A DNA stretch of 64,000 nucleotides from Oopsacas minuta (Eukaryota > Animalia > Porifera), in assembly GCA_024704765.1 (NCBI GenBank), contig JAKMXF010000344.1, positions 1 through 64,000 of the forward strand, in the 5' to 3' direction. The notes below the pieces were generated by a model that saw only the letters and a list, made by a program, of their open reading frames with translations, was not told the DNA's origin and did not search any database. Made by a program: the position numbers and the translations under genes. This document shows, one piece after another, positions 38,147-51,240 of this stretch. Every line of letters begins with the position of its first letter. Position 1 is the first letter of the stretch.

Positions 38147-39007
38147 TTAAATATTCGCTTCCAATGGAACGCTCAGAAATTCAATAAAACCAACTTTGTT
38201 AACTTCAGAATTAATGATAAATTGAATACACAACATTCCGCCATTATTAATTCTGAATGAAGATTTCAATGCATATTGTAATGCTTTTGAGAAATTCTTA
38301 AGAGAAGAGAGTTTGTACACAAAAGAAGATTCTTGTAGTGGAGAATAAAATTTCATTTTCTCAAAATTATCAGGATTATTGTGAATATCAATCTGACAAT
38401 GTCCTAAAGCTCCTTTCGAAAGAAACCTCAATAACTGTTCTTTTGGAGATAATTGTATCTCAAGGATTGTATTGTTCATATCAAGATGACTGATAATGTC
38501 CTTCAAACTTTCTGGCTTCAGTACAAAATGACATAGTATAGATTCCTTTTCAAAGGCAAAGTCTAAGGTTTCGTACGGGTATTGTGTAGAAATTGTACCT
38601 TCAATAACAACTCCATGTTCTTCTAAAACTAACATAAGAGGAGCATGCTTCCGATAATTAATAAACAAAGTGAGATGATTAGGAGAATTTCCAAAAATCT
38701 GAAGAAATTCTAACAATAATGTGAGATTGAGTTGAAAATATATTTCCTCAGGCAACAATCGAAACACTTCAAACATTAGTTTTGGGATAAAACAACTTGA
38801 GCTAGAGGAATTGGTCAAACAATTCGTGAACTTTAAACCGCGAGAGGAAACGAAACAAATACATTTTTCTGAGAAATGAATTCCTTTAAGAATTCTCTTA
38901 AAAATTTTAGGGTGTTCCATTTTTACATATAATAAAGGTTCTTCAACAAAATGATCAGTGCCCAACTTATACTCTTTTGAAGATTTCAAGTTATCATGTT
39001 TTTTCAT
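38147..39007 (-). CDS. RAD1: Cell-cycle checkpoint protein RAD1 (9-1-1 PCNA-like clamp subunit), intronless, 286 aa from first ATG
   Basis: Colinear with remembered metazoan RAD1 throughout: ILKGIHF, GLKFT, FQLNLTLLLEFLQIFG, PLMLVLEEHGVV..I.TQ.P.ETLDF, LDM....LEI.LSP, KALQ...K.S.RIN..G.LCIQFII...FIEF. The track ORF starts at a TTG (39073); the first ATG is 39007. Confidence 0.9.
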   Translation of the reverse strand: MKKHDNLKSSKEYKLGTDHFVEEPLLYVKMEHPKIFKRILKGIHFSEKCICFVSSRGLKFTNCLTNSSSSSCFIPKLMFEVFRLLPEEIYFQLNLTLLLEFLQIFGNSPNHLTLFINYRKHAPLMLVLEEHGVVIEGTISTQYPYETLDFAFEKESILCHFVLKPESLKDIISHLDMNNTILEIQLSPKEQLLRFLSKGALGHCQIDIHNNPDNFEKMKFYSPLQESSFVYKLSSLKNFSKALQYALKSSFRINNGGMLCIQFIINSEVNKVGFIEFLSVPLEANI

Positions 39008-39904
39008 TAAAGCTACATAAGTAATGAGGAAATGGAGCTGGTAAACAATATTAGTCAGAAAGAGAGTAGTCAATATTCATTATTTTTTCGTCAACATAAT
39101 CACAGTCTCCCAAAAATTAATAATTGGCATCTTGAGGCTAAAAAATATCTTTCAGCCGGGAAGGTACACTTGAAGTATCATAAACCCTAGTGGCATAGCG
39201 AGGGAGTGAAAGGGGTGCACAAGCACCCACCTTTTCCGTAGTACACAAATCTACACGTGGTACGATGTGTGTTTTAGGATCTCTCTGTTACCTTAAGGAT
39301 TTTACCATATTGAATAGTTCAAACTGACACCTCCCTAGAGTTATATTTACTGATTAATCCTCAAATAAATGACCTGAAGATCCTGATGAAATGCCTGAAC
39401 TAGACGATTGGAAAATACTGATGTCCCTGGATTTTTTTGTTTATATTGTTTGTGATATAATTGCTGTAATGTTTGCATCTGTTTATGTGTTTCGGGTTAG
39501 GCTTCTCATCTTAGGAGCTATCTGGTTAGATTACAACCTGGTAAGTTTAGCTAGCTCATTCAATATTCATAATTTAGACAATCCTCTAGGGGATGAGAGC
39601 GATGATTTTTGTTGTTTTTTGTTTATGGATGTTTTGTAAGGGCAATCTAGCCTAATGGCTACAAATTTAAATAACTCTTCCTCTTCGTGTATGCATAGAG
39701 TATTACAAAATTCTCAACTAATACGTATCGAAATATGAAAAATTTGATGGATTTATACAATCATTAACTTCACTCTTTGGGTTCAGGTGTCCTGGGAAAT
39801 TAGAAATTTGAATACACGATTATTACAATATATTCACACTTATCTGCTTGCATTATGTGTATCAATAATCTTACAAACAATATATTGATTAAACTATCTG
39901 TTTA

Positions 39905-40067
39905 AGGGGCCGTTCAAACGTTACGTAACGCTAAAAATGGGGGGAGGTGGTATACCAAGTGTGACAAATTTTGTAACTACAAAACAATAAAAAAACAAGA
40001 CACAAAGTGTAATGTTAAATCTTAGAGAAATTGTATACTTAACGATTGAACAGCCCTTAAGTAGAAG
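39905..40067. mobile_element. Small MITE, same family as 14222-14392
   Basis: AGGGGCCGTTCAA...TTGAACAGCCCTT termini, flanked by TAA/TTA-like sequence. Confidence 0.6.
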
Positions 40068-41243
40068 AAATATAAAGGGTCTTTCTATGGGACCATGACG
40101 AATTTGGTAGATTGACAGATTTGGAAAAATACTGCTTTCCATATTTTTAGCACATCACTATTGAAGAATTGTATTATTCTCAATATCATTCCAGAACACT
40201 CATGTTGGCGTGGGTGTGATGCCCCGTTATCTTGATATGGGGATTCCCATATAGATAGTGTTCTCTGTAATCGTAAAACAATTAGGAATGGGGTTCAATT
40301 CGAGATTTATGAACGAGTTGTGAATTAGCAAGGCGTAGTTAAGGGGTTGCTAGGATTTATTGTACTCTTTTGAGAATCGTCAAGAAATGAGCTACAAAAT
40401 AATGTTCAATAGAACACAATTTTCATGTATAAATTATGGATAAAAATAATTATTGATGTCGATCAGATGGTTGGTCTGAGAATTACTGTTCGGTTATTGC
40501 CATCTTGTCAAAACCTAAAAATAGAATACAAAGAAAAGAGTGGAATCAGCAATGTCAAGAATGTATACAATTTGCAGGGTTATCACGGAATTCTTAATCA
40601 TAGACACCAACCAATAACTCTCCATATACAGGTCATCACACCGTTTTTACGATTTATTGCGAAATATCGACAAGTAAGGATAATAATAGTTTCTATGAAA
40701 AATATGACCCTAACATATAAGACTGAGTTGGTGGCGTACCAAGCACTTTTGGCACCCCTCTTTCTGTAAATTATACAATATATAGCTAAGTATGTATATT
40801 GTACATATCCTGGGTCGGCCCAAAAAACCGGACCCTAAGCACATTTCAGGCCAACTTGAAACTATTAGTAAAACAAAGCAATAAAAATCTATTTGTTCTA
40901 TGTAAAGATATGTTAGTGAATCTAAAGACGAGGTAATAGAGTATTCAGTAGAAGTCTTAGCGAGTTGAGAGAATTTTTGAAACGCCATCCTTCAAGGAAA
41001 TTACAGAAAACTTTTGCTTATATTTGATGTTAAAAATGCGTCCTAGAAATCTAGAATTCATGGTTGGATTAAGAAATATCAGACTGAGAGAGCCGTCAAA
41101 AACCTAAATAATAAGTCTGAAGGCCGTGCAAGTCATCCCGGGAAAAATAGTTCAGAAGAATGTAACGGGAAATTTGGTCAAAATCCAAAAATGGGAATAT
41201 TGTTATTGTGTTTATCTAGAACATAAGCTCTAATCCTCTACCA

Positions 41244-43735
41244 CATTGGTTCCCAACCTATGGGTCGCGAAGCACATTTTGTTGGGTCGCAGGCTATTCT
41301 CAATACTATTAAAATGTAAACATGTTTGCATTGAAAGTACCATATGTAAACAATATTGACAAGCTAAATTATTGTTATTTATTCTTTCGCGTTTTATATC
41401 CTTGTATCAAATACAGTCTGTTAATGATTGTGTAAATGGTTTGCATATTCTAGGGAGTAGTAGTTATTACATAACCAATTGCATTTGCATGCAACAGTTA
41501 ATAACACAGGCTTACAAAAAATGTTTTGTTGTAGTTGTTTTTATTTTGATCACTGATTTAGACTAATATGAGTACGCTGATTCCGAATCTGAAGCCCATT
41601 TTGCTCCATCAGCACTTAATTTTACAATTTTCAACTTGCAAAATCGCAAAATTGCTAAAATTTCGAAAAATAATGCTTTCATCCTTAAATTGTGGATAAT
41701 TTCGAATTATAGTCCCACGCTCACATGGATAATATTATTTTTATACAATATGTTTTAATTAGTTTGACTTGTGTAGAGATGGCGGGTGTATCACGCGAAC
41801 GACCTTACCATGACAAATTCATTGAGTTGGGTTTCTTTTATGTGACAGATCGTGGAGTCCAGAAACCTCAGTGCGTTATTTGTTACGAAGTACTTTCGAA
41901 TGAATCTATGAAGCATAACAAGTTACAACGACACCTGTCCTCCAAACATTCAGCGTACAAAGATAGAGATCGCTCCTTTTTCGACAGGAAGTTAACCGCC
42001 CTTAGAAATACCCGCTTGGATAAACAAGGTAAATGTCAGCAAATCAATGAAAATGCTCTGGAAGCTTCATATCGTGTTTCGTTGCGCATTGCAAAAGCTA
42101 AAAGTCCACACACGATCGGTGTGGAACTGATAATGCCATGTGCTAAGGAAATGGTTTCTCTCATGATCGGAGAAGACATGGTTAGTAAACTCGGAATCAT
42201 ACCTCTCTCAAATAACACTGTTCATCGCAGAATTTGTGACATGAGTGAAGACACCACTGCACAAAATATTGCTGCTATCAAGGAGTCACTTTGGCACGCA
42301 ATGCAGCTGGATGAATCAACGGATATTGCATCATGCGCGCAATTGATAGTTTGGGTCAGATTTATCAAAGATGGTGATTTCGTCGACGAGCCTTTACTGT
42401 GCAAATCATTGGAAACGAAAACTAAAGGTGAGGACATTTTCACCAAAATCGATGCCTTTTACAATAAAGAAGGCCTGGACTTCAATAAATTAATTGGATC
42501 AACAACAGATGGAGCTCCTCCAATGCTTGGGAAACATTCTGGCTTTAAAGCGAAATTACAGCAAGTGGCTCCTCATACATTTATGATACATTGCATGATC
42601 CACCGAGAAGCGCTGGCTGCTCGTACAATGCCAGAAAGCCTGATGAACGTTTTTTCTCAGGTGATCAAAATCGTAAATCACATAAAATTGAGTGCTCTAA
42701 ACACGAGGTTATTCAAATTGTTCTGTGATGAAATGGACGCTGACCACATGAGCTTACTCTTCTACACTCAAGTACGATGGCTCTCACGAGGAAACGTTAT
42801 TCTGCGTGTTTACGAGCTACGTCAAGAGTTAAAAGAGTTCTTACGCACACAGATGAAGAATGAATGGGTGGCAATGCTCGAGTCCAGTAACTGGCTTGCT
42901 AAGTTGTGCTATTTGAGTGACATTTTTGAACGTATCAATGTGCTGAATCGTACGCTTCAAGGCAAAGACACGAACCTGATGCTCTTCCATGACAAAATAA
43001 AAGGGTTTCTTGCAACACTGGGTTTGTTAAAAGATAAAGTGAGTCGCAGCCGTTTTGTATTATTTCCACGCCTCTCTGTACACATGGAAGAATCCGAAAA
43101 CATCGAAATCGAGCCTCTTTCTTACGAAATTACTGAACATATTCAGTCACTGATTAGTCAATTTGAAAACTACTTCCCCAAGCTCGACGTCCAGTCATTC
43201 ACCGTAGCTCGAGACCCTTTCAGTGCACCATTAGACGCCATCACTGACGATGATATCACTGAAGAGGAGCTCGTAAGACTGAAGCAGGATTCCGGAGCGA
43301 AAGCATTATTTCAGTCCGCATCTTTGCACAGTTTCTGGTGTAAAATGCTCCAATCATACCCACGTCTGTCGGAGAAGGTAATGTGGCTCCTAATGCCGTA
43401 CCCTTCGACCTACTTATGTGAACAGTCGTTCTCTACAATGGTAGTGATGAAAACGAAGCACAGGAATCGGCTTGAAATAGAAAAGGACATGATTGTTGCA
43501 TTATCATCCACCAAGCCCCGCATTGGAAAACTGGTTGCTGAAAAACAGGCTCAACCATCACATTGATCATATGATACTAATCTTGCTTAGGGTGACATTA
43601 TCAATAATTCGTTGCAATGAATGATAATGAAGTACGTATCATAGTAACATATATGCCTTCGATTTTTTGAGGGGTCGCGCTCTAATGCTGGTTTCTGAAA
43701 TGGGGTCGCAGCCAGAAAAAGGTTGGGAACCACTG
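41244..43735 (+). mobile_element. Apparently intact autonomous hAT Buster/ZBED5-like transposon (2492 bp)
   Basis: Perfect 8-bp TSD CTCTACCA; TIR CATTGGTTCCCAACC / GGTTGGGAACCACTG; one uninterrupted transposase ORF. Confidence 0.95.
41779..43566 (+). CDS. Buster-type hAT transposase (595 aa from the MAGVSR ATG; 613 aa from the upstream ATG at 41725)
   Basis: BED finger (CVICYEVL...HL..KH), QLDEST, TTDGAP, HCMIH (CxxH), VRWLSRG and YLCEQSFS, so the DDE triad is intact. Confidence 0.93.
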   Translation: MAGVSRERPYHDKFIELGFFYVTDRGVQKPQCVICYEVLSNESMKHNKLQRHLSSKHSAYKDRDRSFFDRKLTALRNTRLDKQGKCQQINENALEASYRVSLRIAKAKSPHTIGVELIMPCAKEMVSLMIGEDMVSKLGIIPLSNNTVHRRICDMSEDTTAQNIAAIKESLWHAMQLDESTDIASCAQLIVWVRFIKDGDFVDEPLLCKSLETKTKGEDIFTKIDAFYNKEGLDFNKLIGSTTDGAPPMLGKHSGFKAKLQQVAPHTFMIHCMIHREALAARTMPESLMNVFSQVIKIVNHIKLSALNTRLFKLFCDEMDADHMSLLFYTQVRWLSRGNVILRVYELRQELKEFLRTQMKNEWVAMLESSNWLAKLCYLSDIFERINVLNRTLQGKDTNLMLFHDKIKGFLATLGLLKDKVSRSRFVLFPRLSVHMEESENIEIEPLSYEITEHIQSLISQFENYFPKLDVQSFTVARDPFSAPLDAITDDDITEEELVRLKQDSGAKALFQSASLHSFWCKMLQSYPRLSEKVMWLLMPYPSTYLCEQSFSTMVVMKTKHRNRLEIEKDMIVALSSTKPRIGKLVAEKQAQPSH

Positions 43736-44673
43736 CTCTACCACTTTCAACCTACGAAAATAATAGCTTGTATTCGTTTTGCACGCCAGTTTAGCTCTAT
43801 GACTATAAGGTTTTGTTAATCTCTCTTAAATATTATGACATATTCGAAGCTAATTGACCGGGTACATTATTTGGCCCACCCTGTATGTGAGATGTGTATT
43901 TTCCAACATATGTTTTGAATGTTATATAATGTAGGTAAAATGAATTTATTTTGCTAGATAAACGTATTGTAGTTTATCGGGTGTGTATAGGAGGACAGTA
44001 ACTACATCTTGGATCTCAAAAATATATATAATGGATCTTTCTCAGTCAAGGTTGGCACCCTCCTTTGAGTGGGACCCGGGGCGGACTGCCACCCCCTTGG
44101 CACGCCATTGCTCTGAGTGGATAATTTGCAACAATTCACTAGGATAAATCAAAAAATTAAAAATTTCGTAATACAAGGTATTGCTACAAATGCTCATCAA
44201 ACCAGGTCAAATTGGCTGGTCACTTGTGATGTATGTCTGAAACCAAAATATGATTTCATTGGAAAAATACAACACATGAATTATGGTAAGATTGGGAATA
44301 TATCAGCGTAAATGTTGTGGAATAGTATACAACCATAATGGCTAATCTTGTATGATTATTTCATATAAATAGCTCAAATTTGCTAAGTAGAATATAGGGA
44401 AATTCAGCGCATGACGAACGCTCTGCATAGGCTGAAGCCCTACTACCCTACTCCATCTTCTATATGTCGATAGAGCAGTAGGGTTGAAGGGCATTTCCTT
44501 AAACCTATTGTGCCATAATATCGGTATTAAAGAAATAGAAAAAAAGCGTAAATAATCTGTATGGATTGAAAATTAATAGACAGGGAGGGTAACAGGGATT
44601 ATTGAGAGATTGGAATTGTATTAGGTTTTGGGATAATAGAATTAACTGGGAGCAAATCCTAGAAGGGTATAAA

Positions 44674-45459
44674 CAGTGCCCGATTAACCATGAAGCACCT
44701 AAGGCACAGCCTTCAGGGCCCCCAGCCTCTAGGGGCCCACTTATTAAATCTTCTATTGTGCATTAGAATTGTGAAAACGCAGTTTTTTGTTTTGTTAAGA
44801 CCATACTGTAAGCATTGAGTTATTTACATTGAGCTAAAATTTTCATGCTGTTTATTTTTTTAATTTCTGAACAATATTTTTTTGTGAAAGTTTGCGATTA
44901 GCTTTTACAACAATAAATGCATCGTACATATGAAAGTGGGGCTGTAAAACGTAAGATTAAAGCGGAAAAGGCCAGAAAGATGAAGAGCTCAGAAATAAAA
45001 TTCCGTGCATAACATTTTTCATGAACGAAAGGGCAACAGCAGAAGTTTCTGATTCTATAGAATTTGCCGTTGCGTTTGCGTCAGAAACAGTTGATAATGA
45101 AAGCATCGAAATCTCTGATCAAAATCACGGATCAAAATGTATCTGAAAAGGTAACGAATGATCTAATTATCACTTCACAGCCTTCACAAGTTGAAAGTAC
45201 TGAAACTGCGTGTGTGAACATCGCTAACCATTCAGTAATGATGTAGGAATCTGGCCAGAAAAAATACCCGATGAACTTAAAGATTACTAGTCCTGGAGAG
45301 GAAGCCAAGATTGCCAGTTTCTACAAAGAGAGTACACGAAGTCTGTACCTCAATATGACAATACAAAAATTAGGTACTGTATACAATCAATGTTCTACCG
45401 GAGTTGTATAAATGGTAAAGAAACTATGAGATCGTGGCTTTGTTTCTCTCCTACTACAG
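44674..45459 (+). mobile_element. hAT (ZMYM1-like) 5' end, truncated by a Buster insertion
   Basis: TIR CAGTGCCCGATTAACC; MHRTYESGAVKRK start; RSWLCFSPTT immediately before the insertion. Confidence 0.7.
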
Positions 45460-45960
45460 CAGGGGTTTTCAACCTTTTGCACCTTACGCCCTCTCTCATT
45501 GATGTGGGAAATACTCACGACCCCTCATAATAACGATACGAAATTAAATATTAGAGCTTATACTTAATATGACATATAATCATATACATAATTATGAATG
45601 AAATTTTCATTTGTAAACTTAATGTGAGGGTTGAAACTGTTTTTTTCAACAAGTTGACAAATCCTTGGCTCGGTTTTAGAAAGACAGTATCTTAAATCAT
45701 GTTCAACATCCAATCTATTTCGATTTTTCGTTTTAATTGTTAGTAGACTGGAGAAACCTGTTTCACTTAGGTAGGTAGAAGGAAATGGTAGTAGTGCCTT
45801 AATTGCGATTTGTGATACCAATGGATAGGTGTGTAACATGGAACACGAAAACTGTGGAACACTCATCTTTGAAAATATAGCCTTTGCTCCCGAATCATTA
45901 ACCAAATTTATAAATTCCCCTTGGGCATCATCCTGATCATTGGGAGTACAATCTTACACT
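45460..45960 (-). mobile_element. hAT Buster-type 3' end fragment
   Basis: TIR CAGGGGTTTTCAACC preceded by TACTACAG; ORF 45564-45905 LLPFPSTYLSETGFSSL..IKTKNRNRL. Confidence 0.8.
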
Positions 45961-46749
45961 TTTGCACAAAAGGGTTTCGAACTAAATTATAGTCTGATTT
46001 CCTAATTTCTGGGAATCGACATAATAGACAATTCGCGTGACGTCATAAACCAACTAAAACTTGAAACCCGAGTAACTCAATAACTGATAATAGCTAAAGT
46101 AATACTTCTAATTGATGAAGTGTCATATAGGTCAGAATGAACACATTGGACACCATAGTGGAGGTGGTGAAGATAAAGCAAATATTTCAAAAAGTGAGAC
46201 TCTGAAAAAATCGACAAAACATGAATCTTTGGACACATTCATAAAATTTTGTATATTTTGCTAAATCATGCCGTAACGGAATACTAGAATGGTCATAACT
46301 CCGTCTATATAACAGATAGAAGAGTACTTCCAAATGATGAAATGTACTAGATATTACAACAGACACATTACGCACGATTATGATGGCGAAACAATTGTGG
46401 GTTAATGATGTCAAAGCAAAATTTTGACATTTCGATAATGGTATAAAAATATTTTATTAATCAACCATGATATCAACCATTCTCCTTTGAAAGTAGTTTA
46501 TGCACATGTGCAAACTGAATTATAATTTTTTTACTCTTTATAGTTGACTCCCTCTTAATTGGGCATTTGTGACAACTCTTTAAGAGCGGTTTACAGGAAC
46601 GAATAGTCATAGTTATATACATAATCTAATACTCAAGTATGCCTTTCGGTTATTTACTTACAACAAACATCGGGATATGTGTCCAAATATGTCGAATTCG
46701 ACACGACATTATCTTTATCTTATTATACATAGATTATTCATACTCCTAG

Positions 46750-49243
46750 ATGCCCAACAAGTGTGTTTTTACTGGTGACAAGACAAATTATTTAACTTCA
46801 GAAACAAGTGAACAGGTCATCAAGTTTCCAGATAATATGGAATTACGAGCGAAGTGGACAAAGTTACCAGTCGAAGGGATTTTCTGCTACGAAATACTCA
46901 ACTATTTGTATAGACCATTTCTCTGAGAAATATCTCGTACGAAATCCAAAACAATTCGATTAAATTATGCTTTCCACCCCATTCCCACTATTTTCTCTGA
47001 AACGATTGCAAAGAGTCTCGGAGTCATTCTCAAAGTCCAAGTAAAGATCCCAAAGTTCGTATCTATCAACCAAACCAAATGCCATTGTCAAAATCAGTAT
47101 TTGAATCCAAATATTTAGATGACGTCGCCAAATTTTCATACAGCTGCAGAATATATAGGTTTCAATGTCGAGAATTGTGGAGAATGTGTGACTGCTTATC
47201 GTGTCGAAATACTTCACAGAATAGAATACAATAAGAATGTATAAGCGTAAAGATTCATTCGAAGTAAAACTTAGTTATGAAAGCACGCCTCTCTCCTTGC
47301 CCAATATTATCGCAAATGCCAAGGTTCTAAGCTTACTTCTCTCCACATGCTTGTGAATCTACCTTATTACTGTAAAATCAAAGCCCTTCAACTGAGACTG
47401 AAGTAATAAAAGAGCTACTTGATAGAAGTTACTATAGCCCTAAAGGAAGACCACTCTATTCTACGAAAGCCCTGAGATTTGCGTTAATAATGCGATATGT
47501 CTAAAATGCTGCTTATCATGATCTTCGACATTTTATGCCTTATCTAGCTATTCTCTTTTACACAAGTTAAATAGTCAGGATATCGACACTATCAAAACTT
47601 TAGTTACTCTGCCAAATAATAAACAAGTTGGTAATGATGTCATTTTACTTTTGTACGAAAAGTATTTGCAACAACAAGTTTCGTATGATGGCCAGGCACT
47701 TACTGGGTGTGATTGCAAATTTCAGATGTATCGAAGTATTCTCTGCAACCTGGTCGTGTTCTTAACTTCTTCTTTCCAGTCATGATAAAAGCAGTTCCCT
47801 GACGAAAATTTCAAAATGATTTCGTTAGCTCTGGGATAATTAGCTGCATTTAAATTCTTATTCAAAATAAGTTTTTCTTCGAGGAATTACATCTCACAAC
47901 CACCCCATCAATGTTAGTTGCTATGGTAAACTATTGACACAATTTCCATCTATGATAAGTTAAGAGTGCATATTAAATCCTTCTGACAAAGAGAAACACA
48001 TTTATCCACTATATATCTACTATACTGTTCATATCATAAAAACAACAGCACAATTTGCTCTCTTTAAAATGTATCAAATTCCTGAATTTACTTTTCAAAC
48101 AAAATTGAACATCAATACTCCACCTAGAACTTTCTCCTCTTCAGCTTTTCATCGCATATACGAAAAGGATATGAATTTGAATGCCCACCTAAAATGCCCC
48201 AACAATATCATACCAAGTTCTACACCCAGGCAACAACAAACAATCCGTCACTCTTGCACACACTATTTTAGACAGAACAACGTTTTCAGCCATGAGGATT
48301 CACTTTCAAGAAGATACAACTTCTCCATCTTTTCTTGAATATGTTCATAATTGGTGGCTAATTGTTAGTTCCAAAGATCGCTAACACTCATAAACTGTAG
48401 GTTCAGTTCTCGTTGCGAATAACAGAAAACTTGAATTCTTAAAGTATTCAAGCGATTGGTTCGAAAAATAGATGACGTCTAATACATTTGGATTATCTAA
48501 ACAGACGTTTTAGGCATCTATTCAAACAAACCGAGCAATAGCTAACCTGTGCTCAGATCTCTTATCAGATCTGTATTATTATATTTACCTGGTCGTTTAT
48601 AAAATGATTCTTAGAGAGACGCTTCTCCCACTATCATCAGATGTTTGGTGGCCAATTTCTAGTAAGCTTGAGGGAAGTGTATAAAAGTGAATCAATTATC
48701 AAACTCAAAAGCTTATTAAAATATGATCTTGAGGTTCCAATTAGATCTTTTTGGGAAGAGTCAACTTTCCAAAAATTTTTAAACGATATTCACACTTTGA
48801 ATTTTGAACTTGTTTCGCTCTCGGATATCACAAACGAAGTTACAGTTTTTTTTACTGGATATATTTCCCGATCCCTTAAGAAAAAGTTGAAATGAAGTGA
48901 TTGTATGATGTTCCTAGGGCGTGAAACAGTTTCAAGCGCTTATTTCGAAAAAGTAAATGGTGGCAAACGGAAACGATCATCTTCTGCTCTCAATTTCTAC
49001 ACCCAATCTGCCTTTGCTGCTCTGGAGTTAACTGATAAAATGATCTTTCCCAGCAGTACTCCTGAAAAGCTACTTGCCAAACTTGTTCTTGATCAAGCAT
49101 ACACAGTATGGGGTACAATTTTATATGTGATATACGCACATGAAAATTCTGGCTTGAATATAACAAATTCTATATTTCTAACGTATTTTCTAAAGTCTCT
49201 CAAAAGAAATCACGGCGATCAAGAGAAAAGAACAGATTTTTGA
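46750..49243 (+). pseudogene. Near full-length decayed THAP-P element transposase
   Basis: THAP (MPNKCVFTG...FP....RAKW...ICIDHF...PIPTI), YSTKALRFAL, AFHRIYEKD...(QVLHPGNNKQSV), FGGQFLVSLREVYKSESIIKLKSLLK, FFTGYI. Confidence 0.85.
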
Positions 49244-49651
49244 ATTTAATTCAATGCAATTGAATTCCCATAAGTAATGGTAATAATTATTTAGTTAACA
49301 TCATTAGATCATTTTCCGATCATTTGATTATAAATTACGTTACAATATCAAATGGCATAATTTAAAACTAATCAAAAAAGCATAAAGCAAGGTCATTTGA
49401 GACATTCAATCGGACTTCTATTTTACCAGTCTTCTCGGCCTCTTAGATAGCCGTGTAATATTGTAAGCCATGCTCCAATTAATAGTGCCACTTTAAACAA
49501 ATTCAATCAATAGACTAAGCCGTCCTCACAGGTTGTAATTTTAAATTTTTATAAAATTATTCTTATATTATATCTAAGTAAAAATTTGAGAATAATTATA
49601 TTCAGGTCAAAAATTTTTGAAAACATATAGTAACGCAAACCTTCTCCAATA

Positions 49652-50380
49652 CAGGGTATATCAAAAGTGCTGTCGTATAATATATTTGGCTATAACATGT
49701 TCAATACACAATATAAACTTATACTCTATTTACCAATATAATGTTCTGACCGATTTATAACTTAGCTAATGCGATTAGGCATACCATTTGTCAAATTTTG
49801 AAGAGTCACAGGGTCAATCCCTGACCACACCTTTACCAAATGAATTACGAGGGAATTTATAGTGCTAACTTCGGGGAGTTTACTGAGCTTGTCTGCAAGG
49901 ATAGACCATAAATTTCGATCAGATTCAAATCCGGAGAGTTGCCTGGCCAGTTAACCTTCGCCTAGTAGTTTAGCAGGTGTTCGGAACACCAAGTCTGAGT
50001 GGGCTTGGTGGTGCGGGCTGGAGGGACATCTTGCATAAGAATCGATTGGGACATCTTTTTAGTCATAGACTATTCCAAAATAGTGCCAGAATTTGATGTT
50101 CTTCTTATCGCATCCATGCAAGTTCCTTTCAATATTATTTCTCGTTAATACTCTCCTCAACATTGTTTCTGAGGGATTATATGGAGTTCTGAGAGTGCCT
50201 GATGAGACATCGTCCCCCAAACTTGGATTTTAGTCGGGAATTTAACACATTTGAATGGCTAAACATCGGCCGAACCATGTGACCACACTCGGTCGTTCTG
50301 CCTGTTTGGTGGTACAAATAGTTGAAGGGTGATTCATCGGACCAAAAAACCTCTCCCATACCTACTGAAACTAATTCGGA
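49652..50380 (-). mobile_element. Tc1-type (DD34E) transposon 3' half
   Basis: VFWSDES, WPGNSPDLNLIE; TIR TA|CAGGGTATATCAAAAG. Confidence 0.8.
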
Positions 50381-50599
50381 GTTTGGTTCACAGTCTCTTT
50401 GCAGTCAATCATTTCAATATTCATTAGACACAGGATTGGAAACTTTGGAGGTGACCAGTTCTGATGGACATTATTCCAAAACCGATATCTAAATGCAAAA
50501 AACGTATGATGTTTCCTCAGGAATCTGATGATAGTATAAGTCTAACATTGAAAGTTAGTAACAGAAGAAGAACTGTGTCACTTATACCCTCGTTGTACA

Positions 50600-51240
50600 G
50601 AAGTTGTTATATAAAGAAGAGAGTTATACTCTCTTTAAATTTACGCTACCTATCAAACTTGGAAATGACAAATTAATCTTCGTTCGGTGTAAGGCAACTA
50701 CATATTGTTGATCTTCAATTGATAGAAGCAGCACTGGCGATACTGATTATTGTATCCAGTGTAATAATATACTAGTGTTATTTGAAATACCCAGTTGTAG
50801 AACTTGTGCATCTACCTAAGTTAATGTTCAGATGTCTTGTATGCTGTAGATAGAATTCTTTCTGGAATGTGGGTAGCTTTTCAGATAAGAAACCAAATCC
50901 GGTTGGTAATTCTGGTGATAAACCAAATAAGTTGCATGAACTCGACCAGTGTTCCGTACTAGCTGGTAGTCTATTGGTATTGATAACGAGAAAGCGAAAG
51001 TTTACAATGCAACTCTGGGGATCCCCCTCCTCCGAATCTATATAATTACAACAAGATTCAGAGTAGATTACATATTGCAGCTTATGAGGCAGCATACGAA
51101 AGTATAGCCAAGGCGAAGGAAGAGCTCTAGAAGAGGATTGGTGTTGATCCTACAACCAACTGTATTCATATTCCTGTCTCTTATGACTGCATATTCCAAA
51201 CCAAAGTCAGTTATCAGAAGTGCAATATCTCCTGAAATAG
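50600..51240 (+). pseudogene. Mutator-like transposase N-terminal fragment
   Basis: Cys pairs (CIQC, CRTC), PPP..YNKIQSRLHIAAYEAAYESIAKAKEE, and IPVSYDCIFQTK (resembles VSxDGTWQKRG). Confidence 0.6.

Noticed and set aside
39008-39073. N-terminal extension of RAD1 from the TTG start in the ORF track
   Set aside because: Non-ATG start in a eukaryote. The ATG at 39007 gives a typical RAD1 length.
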